DNA of 64,000 nt, from contig QWQH01000017.1 of assembly GCA_003670915.1 (NCBI GenBank), forward strand, positions 7,845-71,844. The letters are read 5' to 3'. Numbering within the stretch: position 1 is the stretch's first letter; the number at the start of each line of letters is the position of its first letter. Below, in pieces: positions 49,829 through 58,896 of the stretch. Made by a program: the position numbers and the translations under genes. The notes beneath the pieces were generated by a model. The model saw only the letters and a program-made list of their open reading frames with translations, was not told where the DNA came from and searched no databases. This DNA comes from Planctomycetota bacterium (GTDB lineage: Bacteria; Planctomycetota; Planctomycetia; Pirellulales; UBA1268).

Positions 49829-52204
49829 ATGCCAGCCAGCATTCTCGCAATCGCCGTTCACCCATGCGCAAAAAGAATCATTGGATTGCTCCTGCATAAA
49901 GTCGCGGTGGCGATGGCCATCGTAGCTTTCGGGTCAGGCATGCCAAGCATGGCTGACGTGGCTGACATGGCTGACGTGGCTGACATGGCTGACGTGAGCC
50001 CTCCAGGTGATGGGCCATCTTTCACGGCTCAAGGCCGCGCAGCGCACCGTCGTCTGGACCGTCGCGAATATGAAAATACGCTGCGTGATCTGCTTGATCT
50101 GCCAGGCCTCTCCGTGCAAGACATGTTACCTGAAGATGGTCGCGCCTACGGCTTCGATAAGTCGGGAGAGGCCCTCGAGCTTTCACACGTACACATAGCA
50201 GGCTATGCCGAAGCGGCTCGCACAGCGCTGGCCATGGTGAGCGCGACGCAGGCTAATCCGATGAAACCGTTACAACATCGGCTTCTACCAGGCGAGCAAG
50301 ACTTCTTCAAGCTGGCTCTCATCGAAGGTGATGCTGTCTTTCTTAAAGGAGGGCAGTACGATTCGGCAGCCATGCCACTGATTCGCGAAGCCCTTCCGCA
50401 CCCGCTTCCCCATTATGAAAAGACGGGTCTTTTTCCCTATCGCCATTCGGTCGGTGTTTTTCGTCGGCAGGGAGCGAACGACCACTTTGCGCTCTTCTTC
50501 AACGCCTTTACCCCGACTTATTCTGGCCGCTACAGGCTCCGGCTTTCTCTATGGAGCTTTCAGTGGGTCAAAGGCTCGTTGCAAGCTCGCGATGCTCCGG
50601 AAGTTGCCAGCCTGCACGCCAACGACCGTCTGCTTGGCTATTACGATGCCCCGTCGCTTGCGCCACGGGTTCATGAAATCGATACCTGGCTAAACGCTGG
50701 CGAACGACTGGTCTTTACGGCCGCGTCGCTTCCGCCGGTACGGGTCTATCAGCGAGAGGGCCGAGCGGCGGAGTATGTGGGGCCAGGCATTGCTATTGAC
50801 TCAATGGATATAGAGGGACCGCTGCACGAATCGTGGCCGCCGGCTAGCCACCGCCGAATATTCGGCAATCTGCCCGTGCGATCAGAAGGCGCCACTCCAT
50901 CCACGCACGCAAAGCACGTGATCACCGGATTTCTCTCGCGTGCATTTCGACGCCCTGCAACGGCCACGGAAGTTGCTACCTACACGGCGATGGTGGGGCG
51001 GCGGGTCAAGCAAGGAGACTCCTTTGAAGCGGCCATCAAGACTGCGTTGCAAGGGGCGCTGTGCTCGCCAGAATTTTTGTTTTTGACGCCCCGCCCGGGG
51101 CCACTGGATGACTGGTCTCTGGCCGCCAGACTGTCCTATTTTCTTTGGGATTCGATGCCCGACGAGGAACTTTTCACACTCGCAAGTCGGCAGCACCTGC
51201 GGAGGCCTGACGTCCTGCATGCCCAGGTGGATCGAATGCTCGCGGACCCGAAATCGCAGCGGTTCATCGACCATTTTCTGGATGAGTGGTTGGACCTGCG
51301 AGAGATCGATCTGACGACACCAGACAGCGCGCTCTATCCCGAATATAGCCAGTATCTTCGCGACTCCATGCTCGCCGAAACGCGAGCGTTCTTTCGAGAA
51401 CTCATCCAGCACAACGCAGGCATCAAAAGCCTCGTAGATTCGGACTTTATCATGGTCAACCAGAAGCTAGCCGAGCACTATCAGTTGGCACAGCAGCCAC
51501 CCACCGGCAGTCCAGTCGATGGGGGCGATTCTGGCCGGATCATAACCCAGGTTCAAGGCTCCCAGGTACGGCGTGTACCACTTCCCGAAGGCTCTTGCCG
51601 AGGTGGCTTACTCACGCAGGCCAGTGTGCTCAAGGTGACGAGTAATGGCACAGTGACGTCGCCTGTCAAACGTGGCGCATGGGTCCTTCGCGAGATTCTC
51701 GGCCAGCCCCCTGAGCCGCCGCCACCCAATATTCCAGCGATTGATCCTGACAGGCGCGGCGCGGTAACCATTCGGGAGCAACTGGCAATGCACACCAACG
51801 ACACAAGTTGTGCGACATGCCACGCGGCTATCGATCCCCCAGGCTTTGCTCTGGAAAACTTTGACGTGATCGGTGGCTGGCGGGATCGCTACCGCTCGGT
51901 TTCAGACGACCGCACGGCTCCGGAATCTTTTTCTGACGGGCCGTTTGTGGATGCATCCTGCTGCTTGGAGGATGGACGTCATTGCCGCACGATCAATGAT
52001 TTCAAACAGGCTTTACAAGCCGATCAAAAGCTACTGGCCCGCAACTTCGCGAGACAGTTGCTCGTGTACGCGACAGGCGCCGATATTCAGGCGGCTGATC
52101 GTGATGAGCTTGATGCTATCGTCAATCGTGCCGCTCCGCACGAGTACGGCATTCGTTCGCTCATCCACGAAACCGTGGCGAGCCGATGTTTTCTTGAGAA
52201 ATAA
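49829..52204 (+). CDS. DUF1592-family protein (DUF1587/1595/1592/1588/1585) lacking the N-terminal heme domain
   Basis: RRLDRREYENTLRDLL; GFDK; RAFRRP; LAARLSYFLWDSMPD; TSPVKRGAWVL; CATCH; LENFDVIGGWR. Confidence 0.92.
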   Translation: MPASILAIAVHPCAKRIIGLLLHKVAVAMAIVAFGSGMPSMADVADMADVADMADVSPPGDGPSFTAQGRAAHRRLDRREYENTLRDLLDLPGLSVQDMLPEDGRAYGFDKSGEALELSHVHIAGYAEAARTALAMVSATQANPMKPLQHRLLPGEQDFFKLALIEGDAVFLKGGQYDSAAMPLIREALPHPLPHYEKTGLFPYRHSVGVFRRQGANDHFALFFNAFTPTYSGRYRLRLSLWSFQWVKGSLQARDAPEVASLHANDRLLGYYDAPSLAPRVHEIDTWLNAGERLVFTAASLPPVRVYQREGRAAEYVGPGIAIDSMDIEGPLHESWPPASHRRIFGNLPVRSEGATPSTHAKHVITGFLSRAFRRPATATEVATYTAMVGRRVKQGDSFEAAIKTALQGALCSPEFLFLTPRPGPLDDWSLAARLSYFLWDSMPDEELFTLASRQHLRRPDVLHAQVDRMLADPKSQRFIDHFLDEWLDLREIDLTTPDSALYPEYSQYLRDSMLAETRAFFRELIQHNAGIKSLVDSDFIMVNQKLAEHYQLAQQPPTGSPVDGGDSGRIITQVQGSQVRRVPLPEGSCRGGLLTQASVLKVTSNGTVTSPVKRGAWVLREILGQPPEPPPPNIPAIDPDRRGAVTIREQLAMHTNDTSCATCHAAIDPPGFALENFDVIGGWRDRYRSVSDDRTAPESFSDGPFVDASCCLEDGRHCRTINDFKQALQADQKLLARNFARQLLVYATGADIQAADRDELDAIVNRAAPHEYGIRSLIHETVASRCFLEK
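49949..49996 (+). repeat. Tandem repeat (RTGGCTGAC) x5.3, alternating as an 18-bp unit, encoding MADVADMADVADMADV
   Basis: atggctgac gtggctgac atggctgac gtggctgac atggctgac gtg. Confidence 0.9.
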
Positions 52205-52215
52205 GTTGGAGACAC

Positions 52216-53568
52216 GTGAGAATGGACACGGGTGTAGAGATGAAAAGAAACGTATTGAAGATGCATTTGCCACACCCGCATGATATGTCCTCGCGGCGAT
52301 CGGTTCTGCGAGGAGCCGGTGTGGCCCTCGCTCTTCCGTGGTTGGAATGTCTTGCGGGTCGAGGGCGAGGTGTGGGTGCGACTCGCGAGCAGGCCGATGC
52401 ATCGCCGCACAGGCTCCTGGCTATCGAAACCACGATGGGTCTTTTGCCACAGTATTTTTTTCCGACGACGGTGGGGCGCACCTATGCGCCCACCGCGTAT
52501 CTGCGCCACTTAGAGCCATTTCGCGATCGGTTGACTGTTTTTTCTGGGGTATCGCATCCGATGGTCGATGGCGGGCATTCGGCCGACGCTTCATTTCTAA
52601 CGGCGGCGGCTCATCCGGCCAGCGGTAGTTTTAGGAACACAATCTCGCTCGACCAGATGGCAGCTGAATCGATTGGCGCAGCAACGCGATTTCCATCGCT
52701 TGCACTCACCGTAGCGGCCCACGGCACGCCCAGCCTCTCCTACACCCGCAACGGCGTGCTCATTCCGGGTGAGCGGAGTCCAGCGAGGCTCTACCGCCAG
52801 ATGTTTCTCCAGGGAAACCCTCAGGAAACATTGGAGCGTGTGGAGTCGCTGCGAACGGGCCGCAGCGTCCTCGATTTTGTAGCTTTTGGGGCCAAGCGAT
52901 TCGATCGCACGATGAGCGTCCGCGATCGGGAACGATTAGACCAGTATTTTACATCCGTCCGCGAACTGGAACAGCGGATGCAGCAGGCAGAGATCTGGGA
53001 ACGCCGTAAGAAGCCGCGGCCCAAGTCTCCGCCTCCGCCAGACGTACCTGATCAAGAACTCTTCACACTCCTGCGGTTGATGTCGCAGATGATTCGGCTG
53101 GCGTTTGAATCCGACTCAACCCGGCTTATTACGCTTTTTGTCAATCCGGCGATGTGGGTGCCGCGGGCACCGGGCGTTGCGCATGAAACCCACTCCCTCA
53201 CGCATCACGGCAACCGCCCGGAGATGATCGAGGAACTGCGCAGCGTCGAGGAAATGCAATTTATCGTTCTGAACGAACTCCTCGCGGGACTCGACGCAGT
53301 CCAAGAGCGAGGCCGTGCGCTCCTAGATCGCACGATGGTTCTCTACGGTTCGTGCATGGGGAATGCCAATGCTCACTCCAACACAAATCTGCCAGTGTTG
53401 CTGGCGGGAGGGGCTTTCAAGCATGCCGGGCACCTGGCATTTGATGCGCAGAACAATCAGCCGCTAGCAAACGTGTTCGTCAGCATTCTGCAGCGAATGG
53501 ATATCCAGACTGACCGCTTTGCCACATCGACCGGCACACTCCGAGGCCTCGAACCAGTCTCGGGCTGA
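52216..53568 (+). CDS. DUF1552 (HXXSHH) family protein, Tat-like N-terminus
   Basis: SRRSVLRGAGVALALPWLE; GGH; SLDQ; TRFPSL; LAFESDSTR; HSLTHHG; LLDRT; H...NLPVLLAGG. The true start may be 52240-52285. Confidence 0.92.
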   Translation: MRMDTGVEMKRNVLKMHLPHPHDMSSRRSVLRGAGVALALPWLECLAGRGRGVGATREQADASPHRLLAIETTMGLLPQYFFPTTVGRTYAPTAYLRHLEPFRDRLTVFSGVSHPMVDGGHSADASFLTAAAHPASGSFRNTISLDQMAAESIGAATRFPSLALTVAAHGTPSLSYTRNGVLIPGERSPARLYRQMFLQGNPQETLERVESLRTGRSVLDFVAFGAKRFDRTMSVRDRERLDQYFTSVRELEQRMQQAEIWERRKKPRPKSPPPPDVPDQELFTLLRLMSQMIRLAFESDSTRLITLFVNPAMWVPRAPGVAHETHSLTHHGNRPEMIEELRSVEEMQFIVLNELLAGLDAVQERGRALLDRTMVLYGSCMGNANAHSNTNLPVLLAGGAFKHAGHLAFDAQNNQPLANVFVSILQRMDIQTDRFATSTGTLRGLEPVSG

Positions 53569-53579
53569 CAACGACTGAC

Positions 53580-55241
53580 TCAGGGTAATTCGCCTTGTTC
53601 TTCTACGGCCCAGAGGTGCTTCTGCGATGCCACATAGAGCACTCCGTTGGCAGCCGTCGGTGCAGAACAGGATTCAGACCCTAGCCGAATATCCGCGAGA
53701 TGGCGCTTCTGTGGGCCGGCAGCAAGGATCGTAAGTCCACGACGGGTGCCGACATAGACCTTACCATCGGCAACAAATGTCGAAGACCAGATTTCCTCGT
53801 TGGTGTCATGCACCCAGTTGAGTCTGCCGTTATCGGCGTCGAGGCAATGGATTTTTCCAAACAACTCAGCCGCGTAGACATAGCCATCGGCGACGGCAAC
53901 CGTCGAAAGAGAGCGGCCAATTGCTTGATACCGCCATACACAGCCCGCGTTCGAGATATCGCCCTGACCGGCTGGGTCAATGCACGACAGCGCCCCGCGG
54001 CCGCTCCCATGAAGCGGATCTTGGCCAATCGATACGTAGACTCTCCCGTCGGCGATCACAGGCGATGCAATCACTTCGCTGGGGCTCACAAGCCAGCCAT
54101 CAGCATCGACATCTTTCGGACCGCCTCGGACGAGTGCCCAGTAGTCGATTGGTGCGCCGCCCCGCTCACGATAGCCAGGGGGATTGCAGTCGAAGTGCCA
54201 CAGTTCGTTGAGCGTGGCGACGTTTCGTTCCGAATCCGAGGGGGAGGCCATTGCCGTCACAACCGGTTCGAAGGCATAACAGGCGCCGTCGCCGGCGCCG
54301 TAGATAATTCTGGAGGTATCGCCAAGTCTGACCAGCGTGGGAGATGACCACTGACCGTGAAAGACATCGGCACTGATGTGGCCGTCGTCCCGGGCCGCAA
54401 GCCGTCCGGTGTGTTTGTTCAGCGCGATGAGAGAGGGGGCTGTGGGGAGGACAACTTTTCCATCGTACACGCCATTGGCGGTGCCGACATAAGCGTAATC
54501 ACCATGGATCAGCACCGAGCAATTCGCGGCGTCGTGTGGAAATACGGGCAAGTCGCGAAGCATGTCAAAACGCCAAAGAATATCGGCATCCGTTGTGCGC
54601 AGTGCAACCGACGGGGTTCCGTCGGCAATGGAGAACGTAGCTTCGTCTGTGAAGGGCCCATCGTTGCCATTGGTAAGCCCGTTGGCATCGAGGCAGAGCA
54701 CCTCGCAGCGGTTGGTCACAATATAGACACACTCTTCATCGATCGTGGCCGTCGAGCAGACACCTAGGTTCATGTCGTCGAAATCTTCGCTCACTTTCGA
54801 GCGATCGATTTCTAGCCGCGGCACAACCAGCTGCCAGATTGTGTCTCCGCTCTTTTCGTTGAGGCACATGAGCAGTCCTCCACGAGTCGATACGTATCGC
54901 GGATCGTCGAGCGAATCGTCGTTCGTGCCGATATAAACCCTGCCATCGGCCACCGTCGCGGAAGAATAATTTTTTGAGCCGAGTCGGGCCACCCATCGCA
55001 CGTTTTGCGTAGAGGCGGTGTCGATCCCAATTCGATCGCGGCGGCGTTTCCCAGGTTCAAATCGCGTGGGCAGACCACGTTCTTGGGAGGACATGTTGCG
55101 TTCTTGACTGCCTCCCCACTGGTTCCAGTCGGCCGCGAGGCAGGCTGTTTGCGAGACAACCATGAGACACAACAAGACAACGGCAGCAACAGGCAGACTG
55201 CTTAGCCTGCGCAACCAATTCAATGAAGCAGCGAGTATCAT
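53580..55241 (-). CDS. Exported PQQ-binding-like beta-propeller (BamB-like) protein
   Basis: Signal peptide; DWNQWGG; repeated SS/SP-x-V-x-DG-x-VY and CLD...G...W blades. Confidence 0.88.
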   Translation of the reverse strand: MILAASLNWLRRLSSLPVAAVVLLCLMVVSQTACLAADWNQWGGSQERNMSSQERGLPTRFEPGKRRRDRIGIDTASTQNVRWVARLGSKNYSSATVADGRVYIGTNDDSLDDPRYVSTRGGLLMCLNEKSGDTIWQLVVPRLEIDRSKVSEDFDDMNLGVCSTATIDEECVYIVTNRCEVLCLDANGLTNGNDGPFTDEATFSIADGTPSVALRTTDADILWRFDMLRDLPVFPHDAANCSVLIHGDYAYVGTANGVYDGKVVLPTAPSLIALNKHTGRLAARDDGHISADVFHGQWSSPTLVRLGDTSRIIYGAGDGACYAFEPVVTAMASPSDSERNVATLNELWHFDCNPPGYRERGGAPIDYWALVRGGPKDVDADGWLVSPSEVIASPVIADGRVYVSIGQDPLHGSGRGALSCIDPAGQGDISNAGCVWRYQAIGRSLSTVAVADGYVYAAELFGKIHCLDADNGRLNWVHDTNEEIWSSTFVADGKVYVGTRRGLTILAAGPQKRHLADIRLGSESCSAPTAANGVLYVASQKHLWAVEEQGELP

Positions 55242-55420
55242 GCAGGCGAGCCATGCAAGCGTGTCGTACAGGCGTAGGCTTCAGGCAAACGCGAGTCTTG
55301 GCACGCGAAGAAGCAACCCTGTTGAAGGCAGCGCTATTCTGGACAGAAATGAGCTGACAGTCCAGTGGTACTCAATCCGTGCAATTCAACCCTGCTTTTC
55401 GTCTGCCTGGGAGCCTTTCA

Positions 55421-57985
55421 TCACTCGCTCGATAGGGCCTCCAGCAGATCCAGTCGCGCGGCCCTTCTGGCTGGGATCCAGGCCGCGAGTGCTGTAACGA
55501 TGATCGCCGCACCGAGGTTCACAGCGACCACGCTGGGCCGAAAGGAAATCCTGATGGGATGGCCCAGCAGTGGCTGGCTGGCGAGCTGGATGTACAAGGC
55601 CGTGGACATTCCTCCCACCAAGCCGATGAGTCCACCAGCGACCCCGAGCAGAATGCTTTCCAAAACAACCATTCGAGTGACCTGCCGGCTCGTCATGCCC
55701 ACCGCCCGCAACAGGCCGAGTGTGCGTTTTTTCTCCAGCACGTTCATCGTGACGGTGTTGGCTACGCCGAGGCTCCCGACCACAAAACCCAGCCCCAGGA
55801 TTGCCCAGAGCGATCCCACAACACCGCCTATAATTCTGTCGATAAAAGCCTTCAGTTCGCCGAGCGACCGCAGCAGCATCGAGTTGTGTTCGGCAATCTC
55901 CTGCAGCGGTTCTCGGAGCGATGCGGCCGTGCCTGGCTTGGCCGTCACAAGCCAGATGTCTGCTGCGCGTACCCCAAAGAGTTTTTGAGCTGCATCTCGG
56001 CGCAGGTGCAGGGACGAGCCCCCTGAAGTGTAATCGACGGCCAGCGCCGCCACCTTCACCTCTGCGGTGCGTCCAAAGACTTCGACGGCGACCGTATCGC
56101 CCGGCTGGATGCCTGTGCGACGTGCCAGGGCTGTGCCAGCCAGCGCCTCGCCGCGTGCCAATGCGCTGCGCACCTCTGCCTCAGTGGCCTTGATCGGATT
56201 GAGCGGCAACGGCAGCGTATCGGGAATATCGCGAGAGACAATCACGCAGGCCCCGCCTGCCACGCGGCCCATTGTGATGCCAATGGCTTCCACTCGCTCG
56301 ATATCGGGAAGCCCCGCTAACGCTTCTTCCATGGATCCGGTTTCGGTGCCAATCGCCCCCTTTCCTGCCGAAATGTTTGGAACGGCGGCTGGGGCTGGTC
56401 CGGTGCCTGTGAGCACCCAATCGGCCCGCAGCATCCGGACATACCAACCGAGTACGTCATCGACGTTATCACGAATCGCATGGCCCAATCCGATGCCGTT
56501 GCTCACAGCCACAACCAGTACGCCAGTAGTGAGGGCAGTGCGGATGGGCTGCCGCAGAATCTGCTCGAGTGCCAGCGTGCCTTCCAAGTGCCATCGGCTG
56601 GGAATAAGTCGCGCACACATTCGGGCGAGGAACGGCAGAACGACCGGCGTCATGGCCACAAATGCCAGCATCATGGCAATGCCTGCCGGCACGGAGGCTC
56701 GCGGTGGCAGGATTTCCTCAATCACAAGCACGAGGATCGCCCCAGCCACTCCCCAGAGCACAATCGCCGTGGCAATCAATTTCCACGACACCCCCGCGCC
56801 GGGCTTGGGTGGCGATTGAGAAAGTGCTTCCAGTGGATCGGTGGCAACGGCCTGACTCGCCGGCCACCATGCCGCAGCGACCGCTACGGCAGTGCCGAGC
56901 AGAATCGATACCGGTACGACCAGCGGATGCACGAGCAAACTTGCCGCTGGCGCCTGCAAAGCGCGCGAGATACCAGCGGAGATTGGTCCAGCGGCGGCCA
57001 AACCGGCAGCAGCCCCTAGCACGGCCCCGAGGCCACCGAGGATCGCGGCCTCGCCCACGACGAAGCGGCGCATCTGTCCGGCTGTGCCCCCGAGCACTCG
57101 CACCAGTGCCAGTGATCGACGCCGTTCGGTGATGTTCATGAGCATCGCATTGCCGACGATAAACCAGGCCATTGCCACGGTGAGCCCGGTGACAAAGTCG
57201 AGCCCAAGATCAGAGGAGTGCAGCACGTCTTCTGCCAGACTAGCCCGGCCGGCCGGCACCTCGGCTACCAGCGACGCAGGCAAACGCGCTGCAACGCCAG
57301 CCAGCACCTGATCGCGAGATGCAGAGGATTCAATGGCCACGCGCACGCGGTCGATTGTGCCAAACGCATTGGACAGGTCTTCTAGTGACACAATCTCCAT
57401 GATCACCCCGGCTCCCTCGGCAAACCACCGCATGGATTCCGGCTCGGCTAGCCCCACGATCGTCAGTCGGCGAACGCCACGTCTCGCGAAAAAGAGCACC
57501 TCGTCACCGATCTTCTTTCCGAGCCCCTCGGCAAGTGATGAGCTGAGGACGACTTCGCTGGCTCGGGTACAGGCTTCTCCCGATTGCATCTTCAAGAGGC
57601 CCGTAGCCACGAGTTGCTGTACATCCACGCCAACGGCTATTTCCCGCACCCGCTTTTCACCGACGCGCAGGAGCGTGGGCCGGTAGAAGAGGGGCACCAC
57701 AGCCCGCACGCCTGGAAGATCGACCAGCGGCGGCAAGAGAGTAGGATCCCAGCGTCCTCCTGCCCGTGCCGAGACATCAACGGACGGCACGCCGGCGATC
57801 GCTTCGGTGAGCCTGCGATAGCCAGCCCGTGAGGCATCAGCCGCCACCCACGTCGCCACCACCGCACCTACGGCCACAGCAACGCTCGCCACGGTTGTAA
57901 GCGCGCGGCCGGGACGGTTGCGCCACTGGCGAAAGAGCAGATGGCGCAGCAACAGTGGCTCTCGAAGGCGTTGGCTGAGTTTCAT
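55421..57985 (-). CDS. MacB/FtsX-type ABC transporter permease (duplicated)
   Basis: RPGRALTT; NAMLMNITERRRSLALVRVLG; RQPIRTALT; NTVTMNVLEKKRTLGLLRAVG; WIPARRAA. Confidence 0.92.
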   Translation of the reverse strand: MKLSQRLREPLLLRHLLFRQWRNRPGRALTTVASVAVAVGAVVATWVAADASRAGYRRLTEAIAGVPSVDVSARAGGRWDPTLLPPLVDLPGVRAVVPLFYRPTLLRVGEKRVREIAVGVDVQQLVATGLLKMQSGEACTRASEVVLSSSLAEGLGKKIGDEVLFFARRGVRRLTIVGLAEPESMRWFAEGAGVIMEIVSLEDLSNAFGTIDRVRVAIESSASRDQVLAGVAARLPASLVAEVPAGRASLAEDVLHSSDLGLDFVTGLTVAMAWFIVGNAMLMNITERRRSLALVRVLGGTAGQMRRFVVGEAAILGGLGAVLGAAAGLAAAGPISAGISRALQAPAASLLVHPLVVPVSILLGTAVAVAAAWWPASQAVATDPLEALSQSPPKPGAGVSWKLIATAIVLWGVAGAILVLVIEEILPPRASVPAGIAMMLAFVAMTPVVLPFLARMCARLIPSRWHLEGTLALEQILRQPIRTALTTGVLVVAVSNGIGLGHAIRDNVDDVLGWYVRMLRADWVLTGTGPAPAAVPNISAGKGAIGTETGSMEEALAGLPDIERVEAIGITMGRVAGGACVIVSRDIPDTLPLPLNPIKATEAEVRSALARGEALAGTALARRTGIQPGDTVAVEVFGRTAEVKVAALAVDYTSGGSSLHLRRDAAQKLFGVRAADIWLVTAKPGTAASLREPLQEIAEHNSMLLRSLGELKAFIDRIIGGVVGSLWAILGLGFVVGSLGVANTVTMNVLEKKRTLGLLRAVGMTSRQVTRMVVLESILLGVAGGLIGLVGGMSTALYIQLASQPLLGHPIRISFRPSVVAVNLGAAIIVTALAAWIPARRAARLDLLEALSSE

Positions 57986-58692
57986 CACCGGGGCGCCCCG
58001 GTTGAAGGGAGGTCAGACTCAATGCGACCGTCTTGCACCCGGATGATGCGACCGGCCTCCCGTGCAATCGAGGCGTCGTGCGTTACCAAAATAATTGTTT
58101 GCTTTTGCTCGATAGCCAGCCTGTGCAGCAGTTCAATCACGCGGCGCGAGTTGACTGAATCGAGGGCGCCAGTTGGCTCGTCGGCCAGCACGATCGCGGG
58201 TGCGGCGACCAAGGCCCGGGCGATAGCGCCTCGCTGCTGCTCGCCCCCGGAGAGTTCGTCGGGGCGGTGGCCCGCACGATGCTCCATCCCAACGGTCTCA
58301 AGCGATGACATTGCGGCGGCATTGGATTGCAGGAACGGCACGCCGTCGAGCACAAGTGGCAATGCAACATTCTCCACCAACGAAAGCTCGGGCAGCAGGT
58401 TGTAACGTTGAAAAACAAAGCCAATTCGTCGCCGTCGAACCAATGCCAATGCATCGTCGTCGAGCGTTGCCAGATCGATGCCCTCGAGCATGACGCTGCC
58501 TGCGGTGGGTCGAGTAATGCCACCGAGCATGTGCAAGAGCGTGCTCTTGCCCGAGCCTGAGGCACCGGTGATCGCGACACATTCACCCACCTCGATCGCG
58601 AGGTTGACATCACAGACGGCAGCCACCGCAGCGCCGGCCTGGCTGGCGGCTGCGAATGTTTTTTCCAGATGCTCTGCTTGCAGAATCGGCAC
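57985..58692 (-). CDS. ABC transporter ATP-binding protein (LolD/MacB type)
   Basis: GASGSGKST; GFVFQ; LSGGEQQR; LADEPTGALD; VTHD. Confidence 0.95.
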   Translation of the reverse strand: MPILQAEHLEKTFAAASQAGAAVAAVCDVNLAIEVGECVAITGASGSGKSTLLHMLGGITRPTAGSVMLEGIDLATLDDDALALVRRRRIGFVFQRYNLLPELSLVENVALPLVLDGVPFLQSNAAAMSSLETVGMEHRAGHRPDELSGGEQQRGAIARALVAAPAIVLADEPTGALDSVNSRRVIELLHRLAIEQKQTIILVTHDASIAREAGRIIRVQDGRIESDLPSTGAPR

Positions 58693-58896
58693 GGCGGATC
58701 AGTCCTTTCGAAAAAACAACGGGCAAAATCGCTCCTGAACAGCCCAATGTACCCAGCCTGTGCAGAAGAGCCCTCTGGCATCTAAAAAAATATCGCGGAA
58801 GTCGGGTGGGAAGCTTTGTGGATTCCGTTTTTTGAAGCGTTGAGCGAAGAAATGCCGATTAAAAGGAAGATACCGATTCGCCTGCACGCTTCACCT

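Noticed and set aside
53580..55241. Calling the beta-propeller a PQQ dehydrogenase or BamB
   Set aside because: Only generic blade repeats are visible, and this family is widely expanded in planctomycetes.
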